Shown here piece after piece: positions 1 to 9,503 of a DNA stretch of 64,000 nucleotides. The stretch comes from Candidatus Methylomirabilia bacterium (GTDB taxonomy: Bacteria > Methylomirabilota > Methylomirabilia > Rokubacteriales > CSP1-6). Numbering within the stretch: the stretch's first letter is position 1; the number at the start of each line of letters is the position of its first letter. The translations under genes and the position numbers were made by a program. The stretch lies in NCBI GenBank assembly GCA_046758965.1, contig JBHIBG010000003.1, positions 53,164 through 117,163 on the forward strand, given 5' to 3'. The notes beneath the pieces were generated by a model. That model saw only the letters and a program-made list of their open reading frames with translations, was not told the DNA's origin and made no database searches.

Positions 1-902
1 TCCATGCGCTCCAGAACACGGAGCTTGGCGCTTCGGGAGCGGCGATTGGCCCGCACCTCGTCTCGGCACGGAGTAACGGGGGCCGGCGTGAGCTCGGCAA
101 ACGGGCCCGCCGCGAGGCTCTTGAAGATCCGCCGCACCACCCGGTCTTCCCCGGAATGGAAGCTGATGACCCCCAGGCGACCGCCCGGCGCCAGCAGTGT
201 CGCAGCCTGAGGAAGCCCCTCAGCCAGCGCCGCAAGCTCGTCGTTCACCGCCATCCTGAGTGCCTGGAAGGTCCGCGTCGCCACGTGGCTCCGCCGGGGC
301 CACGCGCGTCGCGGCACTGAGGCCTTGACCACCTCAACCAGGTCAGCGGTGGTCCTGATCGGCGCCGACCCCCGGCGGGCGATAATCCCCCGGGCGATGC
401 GCTGGGCGTGAGGCTCCCCGCCGTACTCCGAGAGGATCCGGACCAGCTCGGCCTGGGAGAGGGTCCGGAGCAACCGGGCCGCGGTGCGCCCTCCCGACGG
501 ATCAACGGACATCTCCAGTGGCTCAACCCGGAGGAACGAGAAGCCTCTCCCGGAGGATTCGATCTGAGCGGATGAGAGGCCCAGGTCCAGCAGCACGCTC
601 TCGGCTACATCCACCCCCGCCTCCCGCGCGAGGCGACCGAGCTGCCTGAAGTTCCCCTTTCTCAACACCACGCGGGCCCCGAACCGGGCGAGGCGAACCT
701 CAGCACGTGCCAGCGCTTCGGCATCCGCATCGATCCCCAAGAGCCTGGTCATTGCCGGGCCGGCCTCCAGGAGCAGTTCCGCATGTCCACCCTCTCCCAC
801 CGTGCCATCCACCACCCATCCTCCGCGCCTGGGTCGCAGGAGAAACAAGACCTCGTCCACGAGCACCGGGAGGTGCGCGACCGCCCCCCGGACTTCACCC
901 AT
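1..902 (-). CDS. rsmH: 16S rRNA m4C1402 methyltransferase RsmH/MraW (3' end runs off the window)
   Basis: Manual translation from ATG 902-900, which overlaps the mraZ TAA: HLPVLVDEV..VDGTVGEGGHA..LLDLGLSSAQ..RTFQALRMAVNDEL..ISFHSGEDRVV..NRRSRSAKLR; directly downstream of mraZ. Confidence 0.95.
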   Translation of the reverse strand, partial: MGEVRGAVAHLPVLVDEVLFLLRPRRGGWVVDGTVGEGGHAELLLEAGPAMTRLLGIDADAEALARAEVRLARFGARVVLRKGNFRQLGRLAREAGVDVAESVLLDLGLSSAQIESSGRGFSFLRVEPLEMSVDPSGGRTAARLLRTLSQAELVRILSEYGGEPHAQRIARGIIARRGSAPIRTTADLVEVVKASVPRRAWPRRSHVATRTFQALRMAVNDELAALAEGLPQAATLLAPGGRLGVISFHSGEDRVVRRIFKSLAAGPFAELTPAPVTPCRDEVRANRRSRSAKLRVLERM

Positions 903-1345
903 TAGATCCCCATGCCCCCGAGCCTCTCGAGCACCGTCGGGATCTGATCTTGATGCGTCCGGTCAAACTCCTCGAAGCGGCGCCGGTCCCAGACCTCGAA
1001 GTGCAGGAGCCCGCCGCCGACGATGGTCACGTCTTTGACCAGTCCCACCTCGGCGCGACACTCCGGCGGAAGCTGGATCCGGCCCTGGCGATCCAGGCTC
1101 GCATCACGCGCTTTGGAGGTGAAGAGGCGGGCAATAGCCTTGCGCTCGGGACTGAAGGTTGGAAGCTGGCGCACCTTCTCCTCGACGCGCTGCCATTCTT
1201 CCAGCGGATAGACCTCGAGGCAGTGCTCGTTGGGCACCACGATCAGGTTCTCGCCGAAGTGCTCCAACTGAGCCTCGCGGAATTTGGCGGGAATACTGAG
1301 CCGCCCTTTCGGGTCGATCGTGTGATGGAAACGGCCCCGAAACAT
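902..1345 (-). CDS. mraZ: Division/cell wall cluster transcriptional repressor MraZ
   Basis: MFRGRFHHTIDPKGRLSIPAKFR and second repeat DRQGRIQLP; upstream of rsmH. Confidence 0.97.
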   Translation of the reverse strand: MFRGRFHHTIDPKGRLSIPAKFREAQLEHFGENLIVVPNEHCLEVYPLEEWQRVEEKVRQLPTFSPERKAIARLFTSKARDASLDRQGRIQLPPECRAEVGLVKDVTIVGGGLLHFEVWDRRRFEEFDRTHQDQIPTVLERLGGMGI

Positions 1346-1377
1346 GTTCTCCGCTTTATGCCAACGATGTCCTGTTC

Positions 1378-1455
1378 GTGGGGTGTTGATACCACTTCAT
1401 GGGATTTCATCCCACTTTAAGGGGCCATCCTACACAGGCCCGAAAATCGTGTCAA
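1378..1455 (-). promoter_or_regulatory. mraZ promoter (TTGACA-17-TAGGAT) with downstream GTGG(G/T) MraZ-box-like repeats
   Basis: Minus strand TTGACA 1455-1450 and TAGGAT 1432-1427; GTGGG (1415-1411) and GTGGT (1395-1391), plus opposite-strand TGGG boxes at about 10-bp spacing. Confidence 0.7.
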
Positions 1456-1596
1456 GCGGAAAATGTTGATTTTTCCACGAAATGCACGACGATCGAGCAG
1501 GGGCGATCTCTGGGGGAAGGAGAGCAGGACACCTACAGCGGGTTGAGGAGATGGCGGGAGGAGAGCCCGGGAGCGAGGGATCTCAGGTGAGGAGGC

Positions 1597-2406
1597 TCAC
1601 CCCCACTGAGCCCTGCCTCGGGCACTCGAGGCCCGGTAGTACCGCAGGGCCTCGGGAATCCACCGCTGGATCTGCCTGATTCGAGCGCCGTGGGAGGGAT
1701 GCGTGGAGAGGAACTCGGGGGGCCTGCCCCGCCCTCTGGTCGCCGCCTCCATGCGCTGCCAAAACGAGATGGCCGCGCGCGGGTCATAGCCGGCCCTGGC
1801 CATGTAGATCAGCCCGAGGCGGTCGGCCTCGGACTCCTGGGCCCGGCTGAACGGCAGGATAACGCCCACGGAAGCGCCGGCGCCGAGAAGAGTGGCCACG
1901 CGCCGAACTGTGCGGGGGTCCCGATTGGCCATGCCCACCTGAACGGCGGTGAGCCCGACCTGCACCAGGAGCCCCTGGCTCACCCGCTCCGCGCCGTGGC
2001 GGGCGATGGCGTGGGCCACCTCGTGCCCGATGACCGTGGCCAGCCCGGCATCGTCCTTGGTGACCCGCAGCATCCCCGTGTACACCGCCACCTTCCCGCC
2101 GGGCAAGGCGAAGGCGTTGATCCGCTTGTCGCCTTCAATCACGGTGAACTCCCACCGGTAGTCCGTGCGCCCGGTGGCCGAGGCAATACGGCTGCCGACC
2201 CGCCTCACCATTGCATTGAGCTCCGGGTCTCGGGAGACTTTGGATTTCCCCAGGATTTGCCGGTACGCCTGCAGCCCCATCCGCACTTCCTGAGCCTCGG
2301 AAAGGAGTATCAGCTGCGAGCGACCCGTAATGGGGACGGTCTCGCAGGCCACCCAGAGGCCCAAGAGGAGCAGAAGGCCGGTCGCTAGCCCCAAACGCGT
2401 CCGCAT
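1597..2406 (-). CDS. M48 family zinc metallopeptidase, likely lipoprotein
   Basis: LWVAC lipobox-like sequence, INAFALPGGK, GHEVAH (HEXXH), ESEADRLG, FLSTHPS. Confidence 0.92.
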   Translation of the reverse strand: MRTRLGLATGLLLLLGLWVACETVPITGRSQLILLSEAQEVRMGLQAYRQILGKSKVSRDPELNAMVRRVGSRIASATGRTDYRWEFTVIEGDKRINAFALPGGKVAVYTGMLRVTKDDAGLATVIGHEVAHAIARHGAERVSQGLLVQVGLTAVQVGMANRDPRTVRRVATLLGAGASVGVILPFSRAQESEADRLGLIYMARAGYDPRAAISFWQRMEAATRGRGRPPEFLSTHPSHGARIRQIQRWIPEALRYYRASSARGRAQWG

Positions 2407-2517
2407 AACAACCCCTACTGTACAACCGGATCGGTCACGAGGGAATCTCGATCGCCGAGTCGAGGATGGCACGGGGCCCAGCGGCCGGCGCCGGAGACAG
2501 GACCGGTCAGAGGCTGC

Positions 2518-3411
2518 TCAATCGGGCGTAGGAGCGGGAGGTTGCTTGCTCCAGTCGTAGAAGCCCTTGCCGCTCTTCCGGCCGAGGTCACCACGCTTGA
2601 CGCGCGCCTCGAGCGCTTTCGGGGGGAGGTCCTTGGCTTCCTTGGTGATCTCGTAGGTCTCGAGCCGCGCGTTGTACCCGATATCGAGGCCGGAGAAGTC
2701 GGCGAGCTTGAACGGCCCCATCGGGTGGTTCAGGCCCAGCTCAACGGCCTTGTCGATGTCAGCGAAGGAGGCGACGCCCTCTTCGAGGAGGTAATACGCC
2801 TCCCGGGCGAGCGCGCGGAGGATGCGGTTGACGAGGAACCCCGGGAGCTCCTTGCGGAGGATGACCGGCTCACGGCCGATCTTCCTGGTCAGGGCGGCCA
2901 CGAGGTCCACCGTCTCTTCACTCGTCTCCCTCCCCTTCACCACTTCGACCAGCCGCATCACCAGCGGGGGGTAGAACCAGTGCATGTTGGCGCACTGCGC
3001 GGGCCGCTTGGTGGCCGTCGCGATCTGCGAGATCATCAGCGTGGAGCTGTTGCTGGTGACAATCGCGTGGGGTGGGCAGCTCAGGTCCAGCGTGGCGAAG
3101 CATTCCTTCTTCGGCTCCAGGCGCTCGATGATCGCCTCGATCACGAAATCGGCGGCGGAAGCGGCCTGCTCCAGATCGGGGTCGAGCTCCACCCGAGCGA
3201 TGGCCGCCTCCATTTCATCTTTCGTCATCTGGCCTTTGGCCACCCGCCGCTCCAGGTGCCCGCGGTTGGTCTTCATGGCGCGATCGAGGATCTCCTCGGA
3301 GAGGTCGTTCAGCGTGACCTGAAAGCCGTGCAGAGCCGCCTGCATCGCGATCTGGGAGCCCATCTGGCCTGCTCCCACTACCAGAATGCGTTTGATGTCA
3401 TCGACCGTCAT
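2518..3411 (-). CDS. 3-hydroxyacyl-CoA (3-hydroxybutyryl-CoA) dehydrogenase
   Basis: GAGQMG Rossmann motif, IEAIIE, SNSST, PGFLVNRI, LGRKSGKGFY. Confidence 0.93.
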   Translation of the reverse strand: MTVDDIKRILVVGAGQMGSQIAMQAALHGFQVTLNDLSEEILDRAMKTNRGHLERRVAKGQMTKDEMEAAIARVELDPDLEQAASAADFVIEAIIERLEPKKECFATLDLSCPPHAIVTSNSSTLMISQIATATKRPAQCANMHWFYPPLVMRLVEVVKGRETSEETVDLVAALTRKIGREPVILRKELPGFLVNRILRALAREAYYLLEEGVASFADIDKAVELGLNHPMGPFKLADFSGLDIGYNARLETYEITKEAKDLPPKALEARVKRGDLGRKSGKGFYDWSKQPPAPTPD

Positions 3412-3452
3412 CGGAATCTCCTCCGCGCCCTTGCCCGCGGTCAGGCACGCAC

Positions 3453-3685
3453 CGGGGTGCCCTCCCTCGGTCAGGACCCTGTCGCCTGCTCACTCGGACG
3501 GGGGCCTCGGCGGCCCCCTCCGAAACCTCCCCCTTCAGCTTGCGCGGGCAAAGCCCGCGCTCGAACAGCCCCGCCTTGGTGCGCGCCTCGTGCCCGGGGC
3601 TGCGTTGGGCGGCTCGGAGCGCTCCGGCGTCCTGCGCTTCACCGCGCGCTACGGCTTGTCGGATTCGGTCGCGGAGGGCACCCCG
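3453..3685. repeat. Inverted-repeat-bounded palindromic element (MITE/REP-like)
   Basis: CGGGGTGCCCTCC ... GGAGGGCACCCCG terminal inverted repeats; internal GGGGGCC-TCGGC-GGCCCCC and GCGCGGGC-AAA-GCCCGCGC hairpins. Confidence 0.55.
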
Positions 3686-3696
3686 ACGCATGCACC

Positions 3697-3926
3697 CTAG
3701 GTCGCCTGTTCGCCCAACATCTGCACGTTTGTGCCCACTTTTGGCAGGACGCCACTGGCGCCGGGCCGAGAACCGAGCAGATCAAGGACGCAGGGAGGAG
3801 CCCACCGGAGGCGTACTCCCTGTACGTTGAGGATGGGTGACGACCGCCCGATGACCAACGGCCGAAGGCCATCCTTGGCGGGCACCCACGAAGTGGGTCG
3901 TGCGACGGTTATCGGCACGGCGCTAG
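3697..3926. mobile_element. 230-bp CTAG-bounded MITE-like element, copy 1
   Basis: Near-identical inverted copy at 38586-38815; both are 230 bp with CTAG at each end. Confidence 0.75.
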
Positions 3927-5338
3927 CTGATGGGCGGCCGCTTCCCCGCCCAGGGCTGGGCCGCCTCGAAGCAGGCTGAAGCCCGGAGCACCGTCTGATC
4001 GTCGAAGCGGCGCCCCACAATCTGGAGCCCGATGGGGAGGCCGTCCCGGGTGAAGCCGCACGGCACCGAGGCGGCAGGCTGGCCCGTCAGGTTGAACGGG
4101 TATGTGAACGGGATCCAGCCGTAGATCGGAATCGGCCGGCCCGCGATCTCTGCGGGGTTGTCGATCCCCACTCTGAAGGGCGGGCAGGCCACCGTGGGGG
4201 TGAGCAGCAGGTCGTACCGAGCGAAGAACTTCCTGACGTGGTCGCAGAACGTCAACCGGTCGAACCAGGCCTGGACGTACTCGGTCGGTGACCACTTGAG
4301 CGCGTCCTCGATGATCCTGACCAGCCCTCCCTCGATCTCCTGCCGGCGCTCGGGCAGGTACGGGGCGAGCCTGGTAGCGATGCCCCCGCAGAAGATCACC
4401 TCCCAGGCCTCATGAGGGCTGGGCCACCCGGGGCCAGCTGCCTCCACCCGGCATCCGAACTCCCTGAACTGCCTCGCGGCCTTCTCACACACGGTCTGGA
4501 CTTCGGGATCCACCGTCGCGTAGCCGAGGTCCGGGCTCCACGCCACGCGGAGCCCTTTGAGGCTCTTTCCCCTGAGGCTCTTGAGGAAGTCGATCTGCTG
4601 GGCCGGGAGCGAAGCCAGGTCCCGCTCGTCCGGCCCGGCCAGGACGTTCAGCATCAGGGCCGCATCAGCCACGGTCCGCGTCATGGGTCCGGCGTGCGAG
4701 AGGCTCCAGGCGGCGCTGAACGGATAGACCGGGACTCGCCCGAAGGACGGCTTGATGCCGAAAATGCCGGAGAAGGAGGCGGGGATCCGGATCGAGCCCC
4801 CGCCGTCGGTGCCCACCGCGAGCGGAGCCATCCCAGAGGCCACGGCTGCGCCCGCCCCTCCGCTCGACCCCCCGGGAGTCTGCTCGGGATTCCACGGGCT
4901 CCGGGTAATTCCGAAGACCAGATTATGGGTCGCTCCGATCCAGCCGAAGGCCGGAGTGTTGGTCTTCCCCACCAGGATGCCGCCCGCGGCCGTGAGGCGT
5001 TCGACCGCGGGAGCGTCCTCCGAGGGGATGTGATCGTCGTAAAGCCTCGACCCCCAAGTGGTGCGAACGCCTTTGGTGATCAGGAGGTCCTTGATCGAGA
5101 ACGGGACGCCGTGGAGGGGACCGAGCCTCGCCCCTTTCCGCATCAGCGCGCGCTCCGCGGCCCTGGCCGCTCGACGGGCCGCCTCCGCGGTCACGGTGCA
5201 GTAGGCATTGAGCGTCGGGTTCAGCCGCTCGATGCGGGCCAGGACCGCGCTCACCACCTCCACCGGCGAGACCCTCTTCCGCCTGATCGCCCCCGCCAGC
5301 TCAACGGCGGACATCCAGCAGAGCTCGTCGTTCGCCAT
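3923..5338 (-). CDS. Amidase signature family protein
   Basis: GVPFSIKD, GKTNTP, PGGSSGG, GTDGGGSIRIPAS. Confidence 0.93.
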   Translation of the reverse strand: MANDELCWMSAVELAGAIRRKRVSPVEVVSAVLARIERLNPTLNAYCTVTAEAARRAARAAERALMRKGARLGPLHGVPFSIKDLLITKGVRTTWGSRLYDDHIPSEDAPAVERLTAAGGILVGKTNTPAFGWIGATHNLVFGITRSPWNPEQTPGGSSGGAGAAVASGMAPLAVGTDGGGSIRIPASFSGIFGIKPSFGRVPVYPFSAAWSLSHAGPMTRTVADAALMLNVLAGPDERDLASLPAQQIDFLKSLRGKSLKGLRVAWSPDLGYATVDPEVQTVCEKAARQFREFGCRVEAAGPGWPSPHEAWEVIFCGGIATRLAPYLPERRQEIEGGLVRIIEDALKWSPTEYVQAWFDRLTFCDHVRKFFARYDLLLTPTVACPPFRVGIDNPAEIAGRPIPIYGWIPFTYPFNLTGQPAASVPCGFTRDGLPIGLQIVGRRFDDQTVLRASACFEAAQPWAGKRPPIS

Positions 5339-5360
5339 CCCTCGCTCCCTCGCCCGGCTG

Positions 5361-6779
5361 TCAACCCTTGAGGTGGAAGACGACCATCTTGAGCTCGGTC
5401 ATCTCCTGCACGGCGTAGCGCGGCCCCTCCTTGCCGAAGCCCGACTCCTTGAGGCCGCCGTAGGGCATCAGGTCCGCCCGCCACTGGGGGCCCCAGTTGA
5501 CGTGGAGGTTACCGGACTGGACCTCCCGCGCAAAGCGCATGGCCCACTCCAGGCTCTCGGTGAAGATGCCGGCCGACAGCCCGTAGACCGAATCGTTCGC
5601 CAGGGCGATCGCCTCGTCGATGTTGTTGAAGGGGGTCACGGCCACCGCCGGGCCGAAGAGCTCCTCGCAGGAGATCCGCATCTCGGGCTTCACGTCCGCG
5701 ACGACAGTCGGAGCGTAGATGGCGCCGCGACGCTCGCCCCCCACGACGACGCGCGCCCCCGTGGCCACTGCCTCCTTGACCCACTCTTCGACCCGGACGG
5801 CATCCCGCTCCCGCACCATGGGCCCGACCTTGGTCTCCTCCCGAAGCTGATCTCCCATGGCCAGGGCCGCCACCTTCGGCTTGAGGGCATCCAGAAAGTC
5901 GCCGTACACCTTCCCGGAAGTCAGCACTCGCTGGGTGGAGATGCAGACCTGCCCGGCATTGGCGTACCCCGTGGCCGTCACCGCCGCCGCGACCTTGTCC
6001 AGATCGGCGTCGGACATGACGATCAGCGGGGAGTTGGAGCCCAGCTCCATGGTCACCTTCTTGAGCGCGCCGAACTTGCAGATCCGCTCTCCCACATCCC
6101 GGCTCCCCGTGAACGTGATCTTGCGAACCCGGCGGTCCGAAACCAGCGCATCCCCGATCTCCCCTCCCGAGCCGGTGAGGCACTGGATCCCTTCGGGTGG
6201 CACTCCCGCCTCCAGAAGAATCTCGGTCAGCTTCAAGGCCGAGAGCGGGGTATCGGTGGCGGGCTTTACGACCACCGCATTGCCTGCCGCCAGGGCCGGC
6301 CCCACCTTGTGGCAGACCAGGTTCAGCGGGAAGTTGAACGGGCTGATCGCCACCACGACGCCGCACGGGACCCGGATCGTGAAGCCGAACCGCTTCCCGC
6401 CGGCCGGGTCGGCGTCCAGGGGGATGGTCTCGCCGTGGATGCGCTTGGCCTCCTCCGCCGAGCCCATGATGGTCTCCACCGCCCGGCCGGCCTCCCCGCG
6501 GCCTTCGCCAATGACCTTGCCCTCCTCCATCGAGATGAGCCGGCCCAGCTCTTCCCGCCGGGAGTCGATCAGCTGTGCGGCCTTCGTCAGGATCTTCCAC
6601 CGCTCGTGGCCGGAGAGCTGGGCCATCGCCTTGGCCCCCCGCTCCGCGGAGGCCAACGCCCGGTCCACATCGCCTAGGTCGGCGCGCGGGACGGTGTCGA
6701 TCACCGAGTTGTCGTATGGGTTCACGACTCCGATCTTCTGAGGCTTGTCGATCCACTGCCCTGCCACATACATCTTCAT
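5361..6779 (-). CDS. NAD(P)-dependent aldehyde dehydrogenase
   Basis: PFNFP, FTGS, MELGSN, AGQVCIS (catalytic Cys), EELFGP, PYGGLKESG. Confidence 0.95.
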   Translation of the reverse strand: MKMYVAGQWIDKPQKIGVVNPYDNSVIDTVPRADLGDVDRALASAERGAKAMAQLSGHERWKILTKAAQLIDSRREELGRLISMEEGKVIGEGRGEAGRAVETIMGSAEEAKRIHGETIPLDADPAGGKRFGFTIRVPCGVVVAISPFNFPLNLVCHKVGPALAAGNAVVVKPATDTPLSALKLTEILLEAGVPPEGIQCLTGSGGEIGDALVSDRRVRKITFTGSRDVGERICKFGALKKVTMELGSNSPLIVMSDADLDKVAAAVTATGYANAGQVCISTQRVLTSGKVYGDFLDALKPKVAALAMGDQLREETKVGPMVRERDAVRVEEWVKEAVATGARVVVGGERRGAIYAPTVVADVKPEMRISCEELFGPAVAVTPFNNIDEAIALANDSVYGLSAGIFTESLEWAMRFAREVQSGNLHVNWGPQWRADLMPYGGLKESGFGKEGPRYAVQEMTELKMVVFHLKG

Positions 6780-6903
6780 GCGCCAATCCCCCTTCGAAAC
6801 TTACGCGCCGCGCAGCCGCGATCGAACGCGTGTCGGAGCGCGTCGCTCATGAGGTCCTGGTCGAAGACTCCGCGCGTGATTACTGCGCTGTCTAGGCGTG
6901 ATC

Positions 6904-6932
6904 CTTCTACGTCCTTTTGGGGCCACTGTCAA
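6904..6932 (-). promoter_or_regulatory. sigma70-like promoter upstream of the ALDH-amidase pair
   Basis: TTGACA-17 nt-TAGAAG on the minus strand. Confidence 0.55.
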
Positions 6933-7030
6933 GCCCTTACCGAGACCGCAAAAGCCATCCGCATCCCTCGAGGCGCTCTCCCCGCTCTCGGGTCTTCCCA
7001 GGAGGGGTCGAGGGAGGACCGAGCGGAGGG

Positions 7031-7765
7031 TCAGCCGCCCAGATAGAGCTGCCTCACCTGAGGGTCTTGCAGGAGGCGGGGACCTGTGTCTTCGAAGCGG
7101 TTGCGTCCGAGCTCGAGGACATAGCCCCGATCGGAAACCTCCAGCGCCCGGCGGGCGTTCTGCTCCACCATCAGCAGAGTCATGCCGGAGGCCTTGAGCT
7201 CCACAAGCTTCTCGAAGAGGTTTTCGATGACGCGGGGCGCCAGCCCCAGGGAGGGCTCGTCCAGCATCAGGAGCTTGGGCTCGAGCATGAGCGCCCGGCC
7301 GATCTCGAGCATCTTCTGCTGGCCTCCGCTGAGGGTCCCGGCGAGGGCGCGCTCTTTGTCGCCAAGCACCGGGAAGCGCTCGTAGACCCGGGCGATGTCC
7401 TGCTCGATCCGCCCGTCCCGCCGGATGAACGCCCCGAGCTCCAGGTTCTCCCGCACCGTCATAAGGGGCCAGATGCTCCGCCCCTGCGGCACGTAGGACA
7501 GCCCGCGGCGCAGTCGCTCTTGCGGGCGGAGCTGCCCCACCTCCTTCCCGTCGAAGCGCAGGCTGCCCGCGCGGAGCGCCAGGAGGCCGAAGATCGCCTT
7601 CATGGCGGTGGACTTCCCGGCCCCGTTAGGCCCGATGACTGAAATCATCTCCCCGTACCCCACGCTGAGGGAGACACCGTGGAGGATGACGATGCGGCCG
7701 TAGCCGCTCACCAGCCCTCGCACGTCCAGCAGCAGGTCAGCGTCCAAAGTAGGCCTCGATGACAT
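7031..7765 (-). CDS. Branched-chain amino acid-type ABC ATPase (LivF-like)
   Basis: GPNGAGKST, LSGGQQKM, LDEPSLGLAP; start approximate. Confidence 0.92.
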   Translation of the reverse strand: MSSRPTLDADLLLDVRGLVSGYGRIVILHGVSLSVGYGEMISVIGPNGAGKSTAMKAIFGLLALRAGSLRFDGKEVGQLRPQERLRRGLSYVPQGRSIWPLMTVRENLELGAFIRRDGRIEQDIARVYERFPVLGDKERALAGTLSGGQQKMLEIGRALMLEPKLLMLDEPSLGLAPRVIENLFEKLVELKASGMTLLMVEQNARRALEVSDRGYVLELGRNRFEDTGPRLLQDPQVRQLYLGG

Positions 7766-8486
7766 CCTTGTGGCGCTGGATGTACGCGGGCTCGCCGGCC
7801 GCAATGGCCCGGCCGTGGTCGAGCACCACCACCCACTCGCAGAGGTTCATTACCACTTTCATATCGTGCTCCACGATGAGGAAGGTCGTCCCCTGCTCGC
7901 AGAGCTTCCTGATCTTGTCGAGGAGGCTATTCAACAGGGTGCGGTTCACCCCGGCAGCAGGCTCGTCAAGCAAGACGAGCGCAGGGTCGGAAATGATGGC
8001 GCTGCCGAACTCGAGCAATTTCTGCTGGCCGTAGGAGAGATTGCCGGCGGGCTCATCGCGGAGCGGCAGGAGGTTCAGCATGCCGAGGATCTGCCCCGCC
8101 TTGTCCCGAATCTCCCGTTCGTGGCGGCGGATCGCGGGGGTGCGGACGAGGCTCTGCACCCACTTCTCCCCGAAATGCTGCTGGGCCGCCATCAACAGAT
8201 TGTCCAGCACGCTCATCCGGGGAAACACGCGGATGATCTGGAAGGTACGGGCGATCCCCTTGAGCGCGATCTCGTGAGTCTTGAGCCCCATGAGCGAGTG
8301 CCCCCGGTAGACCATGTCCCCCCGGTCGGCTTGATAGATGCCCGTCAGGAGGTTGAAGACGGTGGTCTTGCCAGAGCCGTTGGGACCGATCAGCCCCGTG
8401 ATGCTGTGCTCTCTCACGGCGAAGCTGCAGTCGTCCACCGCCGTGATCCCCCCGAACCGCTTGGTGAGCCCGCGAAGCTCTAGCAT
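7737..8486 (-). CDS. Branched-chain amino acid-type ABC ATPase (LivG-like)
   Basis: GPNGSGKTT, LSYGQQK, LDEPAAG, VEHDM. Confidence 0.93.
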   Translation of the reverse strand: MLELRGLTKRFGGITAVDDCSFAVREHSITGLIGPNGSGKTTVFNLLTGIYQADRGDMVYRGHSLMGLKTHEIALKGIARTFQIIRVFPRMSVLDNLLMAAQQHFGEKWVQSLVRTPAIRRHEREIRDKAGQILGMLNLLPLRDEPAGNLSYGQQKLLEFGSAIISDPALVLLDEPAAGVNRTLLNSLLDKIRKLCEQGTTFLIVEHDMKVVMNLCEWVVVLDHGRAIAAGEPAYIQRHKDVIEAYFGR

Positions 8487-8492
8487 GGCGCC

Positions 8493-9503
8493 CTAGCTCT
8501 CGCTCTCCGCCTCGAGGGTGGAGGGACGCCGGCGCCCTCGCGTGACCCAGCTCCAGAGGGCCTCGAGCCCTCCCCACATCCCCCGAGGCATGAAGAGGAT
8601 CACCACCATAAGCAGCAGGCCGTAGAAGACCGCCCACGACTCCTTCGGCACGCTCAGAACGCCCGGCAGCTCGGTCAGCCTCTCGGGGAGCTGGGTGAAC
8701 ACAATGGCCCCCAGCACCGGCCCGTAGAGCGCGCCCGAACCCCCCGAGATGACCATGATCAGGATATAGATGGCCTCGATCAGGATGAAGTTGATGGGCT
8801 CGAGGAACTGGATGTAGTGAGCATAGAGGCTTCCGGCGACCCCCGCGTAGAAGCCGCTGATGGCGAAGGAAAGGATCTTGTACTTCTTGGTGTGCAGACC
8901 CATCGTCTCGGCCAGGTCCTCGTCTTCGCGGATCGCGATGAAGGCCCGTCCCAACCGCGAGTTTACGATGACGGCCATGACCGCCGTGCCCGCGACAGCG
9001 AAGCTTGCCGTCAGGTAGTAGAAGGACCGGACGGAGACGAACTCGACGTCCACCAGCCCGAAGAGATGGATGCCGCTGGGAGGCGGGATGCCGACCAGCC
9101 CCATCGGGCCCTGGGTGAGGGAAATCCAGTTGATCATGACCATGCGCGCGACTTCGGCGAAGCCGATGGTGGCGATGGCAAAGTAGATCCCTCTGAGATT
9201 CAGAGCCGGGATGCCGACGCCGATCGCGACGAGGGCCACGAAGAGCCCCGCTGCCGGGAGGGCGAGCCAGAAGTTGAGGCCTACGCGCATCATGAGGAGG
9301 GCGGAGGCGTAGGCTCCGATCCCCCAGAACGCCGCCTGGGCCTTGGAGAGCTGGCCGGTGTAGCCCATGATGAGGTTCAGGCCGTGGGCCAGCAGCAGGT
9401 AGATGGCGGTCAGGATGAGGAGGTGGAGCTCGAACTCGTTCTCGGTCAAGCTCGGAATGAGGAACACGAAGGCGACGATGGCGAGGCCGAGCAGCGTCTT
9501 CAT
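8493..9503 (-). CDS. Branched-chain amino acid-type ABC permease (LivM-like)
   Basis: GLNLIMGYTGQLS, LRGIYFAIATIGF, GRAFIAIREDE. Confidence 0.92.
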   Translation of the reverse strand: MKTLLGLAIVAFVFLIPSLTENEFELHLLILTAIYLLLAHGLNLIMGYTGQLSKAQAAFWGIGAYASALLMMRVGLNFWLALPAAGLFVALVAIGVGIPALNLRGIYFAIATIGFAEVARMVMINWISLTQGPMGLVGIPPPSGIHLFGLVDVEFVSVRSFYYLTASFAVAGTAVMAVIVNSRLGRAFIAIREDEDLAETMGLHTKKYKILSFAISGFYAGVAGSLYAHYIQFLEPINFILIEAIYILIMVISGGSGALYGPVLGAIVFTQLPERLTELPGVLSVPKESWAVFYGLLLMVVILFMPRGMWGGLEALWSWVTRGRRRPSTLEAESES

